Source: Candidatus Entotheonellaceae bacterium (lineage in GTDB: Bacteria > Tectomicrobia > Entotheonellia > Entotheonellales > Entotheonellaceae). Taken from it: a DNA stretch of 64,000 nucleotides. A model generated the notes under the pieces. The model saw only the letters and a list, made by a program, of their open reading frames with translations, did not search any database and was not told the DNA's origin. The stretch lies in NCBI GenBank assembly GCA_965238075.1, contig OZ250173.1:3104001-3168000 (forward strand). Direction: 5' to 3'. Made by a program: the position numbers and the translations under genes. This document shows positions 61,079-64,000 of the stretch, piece by piece. Numbering within the stretch: position 1 is the stretch's first letter; the number at the start of each line of letters is the position of its first letter.

Positions 61079-62926
61079 CTACGCCGTGAGTGACAGCGAG
61101 CGCCGCTTGATCACTTGGCTGATCAGCTTCTCGAACTCGTCCACCGCCACCGGCCCCAGATTTTCGTCGCTGCGCAGGCGCACGGACACGGTTTGATCCG
61201 CCACCTCCTGATCCCCTACCACCAGCATGTATGGAACCTTCTGCAATTTCGCCTCGCGGATTTTGGCGTTCATGCGCTTGTCACTGACGTCGGCCTGCAC
61301 GCGGAAGCCGAGGTCGAACAGCCGTTTCACCACCTCTTGGGCGTAGTCCACGTGGCGGTCGGCGATGGGAATCACGACCGCTTGCGTGGGCGCCAGCCAG
61401 ACCGGGAAGGCGCCGCCGTACATCTCGATCAGATAGGCGGTCATGCGCTCCATGGTGCTGACCACGCCGCGGTGGATCATCACCGGCTGATGCTCTTGGC
61501 CGTCCTCGCCGATGTAGATGAGGCCGAACTGGTTCGGCAAATGGAAATCGATCTGGATGGTCGAGATCGTTTCCTCGCGGCCGAGGATGTCCCGCAACTG
61601 AATGTCCAGCTTCGGGCCGTAGAACGCCGCCTCACCCGGTGCTTCCGTGTAAGGAAGTCCGAGCGCGTCCATGGCCTCGCGCAGCACGTTTTCGGCCATG
61701 TCCCACATGGCGTCGTTGGCCACGTACTTCTCGGTGTTGGCCTGATCCCGCAGTGACAGACGGTAGGTGTATTCCTGGATGCCCAACGTTGCGTAGGCCC
61801 GCTCGACGAGGCGCATGACGTTGGAAAATTCCTCCTTGATCTGAGCCTGCGTGCAAAAGATGTGCGCGTCGTTCAGCGTCATCGTGCGCACCCGGCTGAG
61901 CCCCCCCACGACACCCGACTTCTCGTAGCGGTACATCGTTCCCAATTCGGCGATGCGGATAGGCAGTTCGCGGTAGCTATGCCGCTTTGACGCATAGATG
62001 AGGATGTGGTGCGGGCAGTTCATGGGCCGCAGCACGAGGTTCTCGTACTCCAGCTCCATGGGCGGGAACATGTCGTCTTTGTAATGCGACCAGTGACCGG
62101 AGGTTTCGTACAACTCCTGCTTGGCCAGGTGGGGGGTATACACGTGCTGGTACCCGTCCCGCCGTTCTTCTTCGGTGATGTACGCTTCGAGCTCCCGGCG
62201 TATGGTGGCGCCTTTCGGGAGCCATAGCGGCAGGCCGGCGCCGATGAGCTCGTGGCTGGTAAACAGCTCGAGCTCACGGCCCAGGCGGCGGTGGTCGCGT
62301 TGACGGGCTTGCTCCAGCCGTCGCAGATAATCGTCGAGGCCGGCTTTGTTCTCGAACACCGTGCCATAGATGCGCGTCAGCATCGGGTTGCGCTCATTGC
62401 CGCGCCAGTATGCCCCGGCGGTGCGCATCACCTTGACGGCATTCGCCTTGATCCTGCCCCCATGCGTTACGTGGGGGCCGCGGCACAGATCGACGAATGC
62501 GTCATGTTGATAAACGGTGATCCGATTGCCCGCTTCCGGGGGCAACTCATTGCCGTAATCGTCGTACTGCCCCTCCGCTATGCCGTCGATCAATTCCAGT
62601 TTGTAAGGCTGATCACGAAACAGGTCGCGGGCCTCCTGCAGGGTCACTTCGCGCACGTGAAAGGCATGTCTTTGCCGAATGAGCGCCTTCATGCGGTCCT
62701 GGATTATTGCCAAGTCCTCTTCGTTCGGGACACGGGACAGATCGAAATCGTAATAGAAGCCGTTTTCAATGGGCGGACCGATGGCCACCTTGGCCTCGGG
62801 AAAGCTCTCGATCACCGCCTGCGCCATAATATGGGCCGTCGAATGCCGCAGCTTGTATAACTCCGGGTCATAGCCGGAGGGAATGTATTGCTCAGCATCT
62901 GCCTTCAACCGTTCTTCATCGCTCAC
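61079..62926 (-). CDS. thrS: Threonine--tRNA ligase (lacks the N-terminal TGS domain)
   Basis: RHSTAHIMAQA, DLCRGPH, RDHRRLG, LRPMNCPHH, AAFYGPKLD, KVPYMLVVGD. Confidence 0.98.
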   Translation of the reverse strand: MSDEERLKADAEQYIPSGYDPELYKLRHSTAHIMAQAVIESFPEAKVAIGPPIENGFYYDFDLSRVPNEEDLAIIQDRMKALIRQRHAFHVREVTLQEARDLFRDQPYKLELIDGIAEGQYDDYGNELPPEAGNRITVYQHDAFVDLCRGPHVTHGGRIKANAVKVMRTAGAYWRGNERNPMLTRIYGTVFENKAGLDDYLRRLEQARQRDHRRLGRELELFTSHELIGAGLPLWLPKGATIRRELEAYITEEERRDGYQHVYTPHLAKQELYETSGHWSHYKDDMFPPMELEYENLVLRPMNCPHHILIYASKRHSYRELPIRIAELGTMYRYEKSGVVGGLSRVRTMTLNDAHIFCTQAQIKEEFSNVMRLVERAYATLGIQEYTYRLSLRDQANTEKYVANDAMWDMAENVLREAMDALGLPYTEAPGEAAFYGPKLDIQLRDILGREETISTIQIDFHLPNQFGLIYIGEDGQEHQPVMIHRGVVSTMERMTAYLIEMYGGAFPVWLAPTQAVVIPIADRHVDYAQEVVKRLFDLGFRVQADVSDKRMNAKIREAKLQKVPYMLVVGDQEVADQTVSVRLRSDENLGPVAVDEFEKLISQVIKRRSLSLTA

Positions 62927-63107
62927 GTTGAGTCTCCTTCAAATCTGCTTCCTGACAGCCTTACAAGAGCGCCGCAAATTGCAGGTTCCGATCCCTGGGG
63001 GTAAATTCAGCGTTCAGGATCAAATGGCTGGATTTTCGGAGTGAATCGGTCCTACCTGAATTGGGGTAAGTAAACATGCAGACGGCAACAGGGAGGCATC
63101 GCAGATC

Positions 63108-63734
63108 ATGAGGCATCTTGCCTGGACCTTCCTGTTTCTGCTGTTGAGTTGTGCTTGGGGGCAAGAACTGCCGCAGCCGCAAATCGGGCAAGTGCAGGAG
63201 AAGCTCCGGGCATTGGGGTTCGAGGTGGGCGATGCGGAAGACGTCCTTGATCCGCGCACCATCAAGGCGCTGGAAGCCTTTCAGCGAACCCGCCGACTGG
63301 CCGTCACCGGCGAACTCGATACGGCGACCTTGCGCGCCCTCGGGCTCGCCGCCGGACTTCCGCAAGCCGAGGTCGAGAGGCAACCTTCGCTCCTGCCCGC
63401 CTCATCTCCCTGGCGGCCGGTGCTGGAATACTTGCGCTTCTACGACTCGCAGCCGGCCCGTGTGGCGCTACACGTCACGTCACGTTTCCGCAGTGACATG
63501 CCTCCCGCGGACTGGGTCAATCACCTGATAACCAATCCAGACACCCGCCGTCCCCGACTCGCTTGGCAAATCGACAAGGTCGAGACAGGTAACGCCACTG
63601 CCACCGTGTACGTCCGCTCACAAATCCGGGTTGACGGGATTCAACAACCGCAACTGGAAACGTTCTCTCTCGTTCGCTCCCCCGATGCGCGGTGGCTCAT
63701 CGACGCTTGGCACAGCTACGATATCAGCGATTGA
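63108..63734 (+). CDS. Exported peptidoglycan-binding domain protein with an uncharacterised C-terminal domain
   Basis: Signal peptide; VQEKLRALGF...T..AL..FQ...L.VTGELDTATLRAL (PG_binding_1 pattern); C-terminal FSLVR...WLID pattern is NTF2-like. Confidence 0.78.
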   Translation: MRHLAWTFLFLLLSCAWGQELPQPQIGQVQEKLRALGFEVGDAEDVLDPRTIKALEAFQRTRRLAVTGELDTATLRALGLAAGLPQAEVERQPSLLPASSPWRPVLEYLRFYDSQPARVALHVTSRFRSDMPPADWVNHLITNPDTRRPRLAWQIDKVETGNATATVYVRSQIRVDGIQQPQLETFSLVRSPDARWLIDAWHSYDISD

Positions 63735-63749
63735 GCACCGGCTGTCCAC

Positions 63750-64000
63750 TTAATTGCTGCCGGGTCCGAGCCCCATTCGAGCCTTCAACTCCCGCAATTT
63801 ATCCTGGGCTGCCGCCGGTTGCGTGCCCGCCAAAGCGCGGTCGATTTCGGCGTCAGCCGACACTTCGACCTGTCCGACCTCCCCATACGCCAGCGCCAGC
63901 GCTTCGTCCTCTTCCACCTTTTCCTTCATGCGCTCGAGCATGGCAATCGTACCGGAGGAATCCACATTCGCCAGTTGCTGATTGATCTTCTTGGTTGAGG
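63750..64000 (-). CDS. pspA: PspA/IM30 family protein, C-terminal part (5' end outside the window)
   Basis: Frame open to the window edge: STKKINQQLANVDSSGTIAMLERMKEKVEEDEALALAYGE...LRELKARMG. Confidence 0.8.
   Translation of the reverse strand, partial: STKKINQQLANVDSSGTIAMLERMKEKVEEDEALALAYGEVGQVEVSADAEIDRALAGTQPAAAQDKLRELKARMGLGPGSN

Noticed and set aside
62927-63107. T-box leader for thrS
   Set aside because: No GGTGGNACCGCG T-box motif on the minus strand and the region is short

Overview
A 64-kb core-chromosome window from a diderm (lipid A/LPS-making), moderately GC-rich bacterium. Gene content and order loosely resemble Deltaproteobacteria/Nitrospinota/Tectomicrobia-like lineages, which is an inference only. 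The window appears to span the replication terminus: a 28-bp dif-like XerCD site lies at 35036-35063, genes mostly converge on it, and KOPS-like octamers point toward it. ftsK and xerD are both in the window. Left half: ftsK, dapB, a PmtA-like methyltransferase, secA, two DUF151 genes, a Rieske/split cytochrome b6/pentahaem cytochrome c cluster followed by atpE-atpF, xerD-glnD-phoH-ybeY-mutS, a receiver-domain-LpxC fusion with lolA and rseP, and the rimP-nusA-infB-rbfA-truB-rpsO-pnp cluster. Right half: an atypical EF-G paralogue, squalene synthase, apt, four tRNAs, tilS-ftsH-glmM-tsaE-lptCAB-rpoN-der, a System I* cytochrome c maturation operon ending in an isobutyryl-CoA-mutase-like gene, atpI-atpB, thrS and part of pspA. 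No CRISPR array, IS element or prophage was seen. The best candidate for an undescribed system is the NtrX-like receiver fused to LpxC, preceded by a small membrane protein that keeps only an NtrY-like His-box helix; this would put lipid A synthesis under direct phospho-control. Other leads are a signal-peptide/DUF151/PDZ protein missing from the ORF track and the split Fo operon whose c/b genes follow the Rieske/cytb cluster. All calls come from reading motifs by eye; no searches were run.
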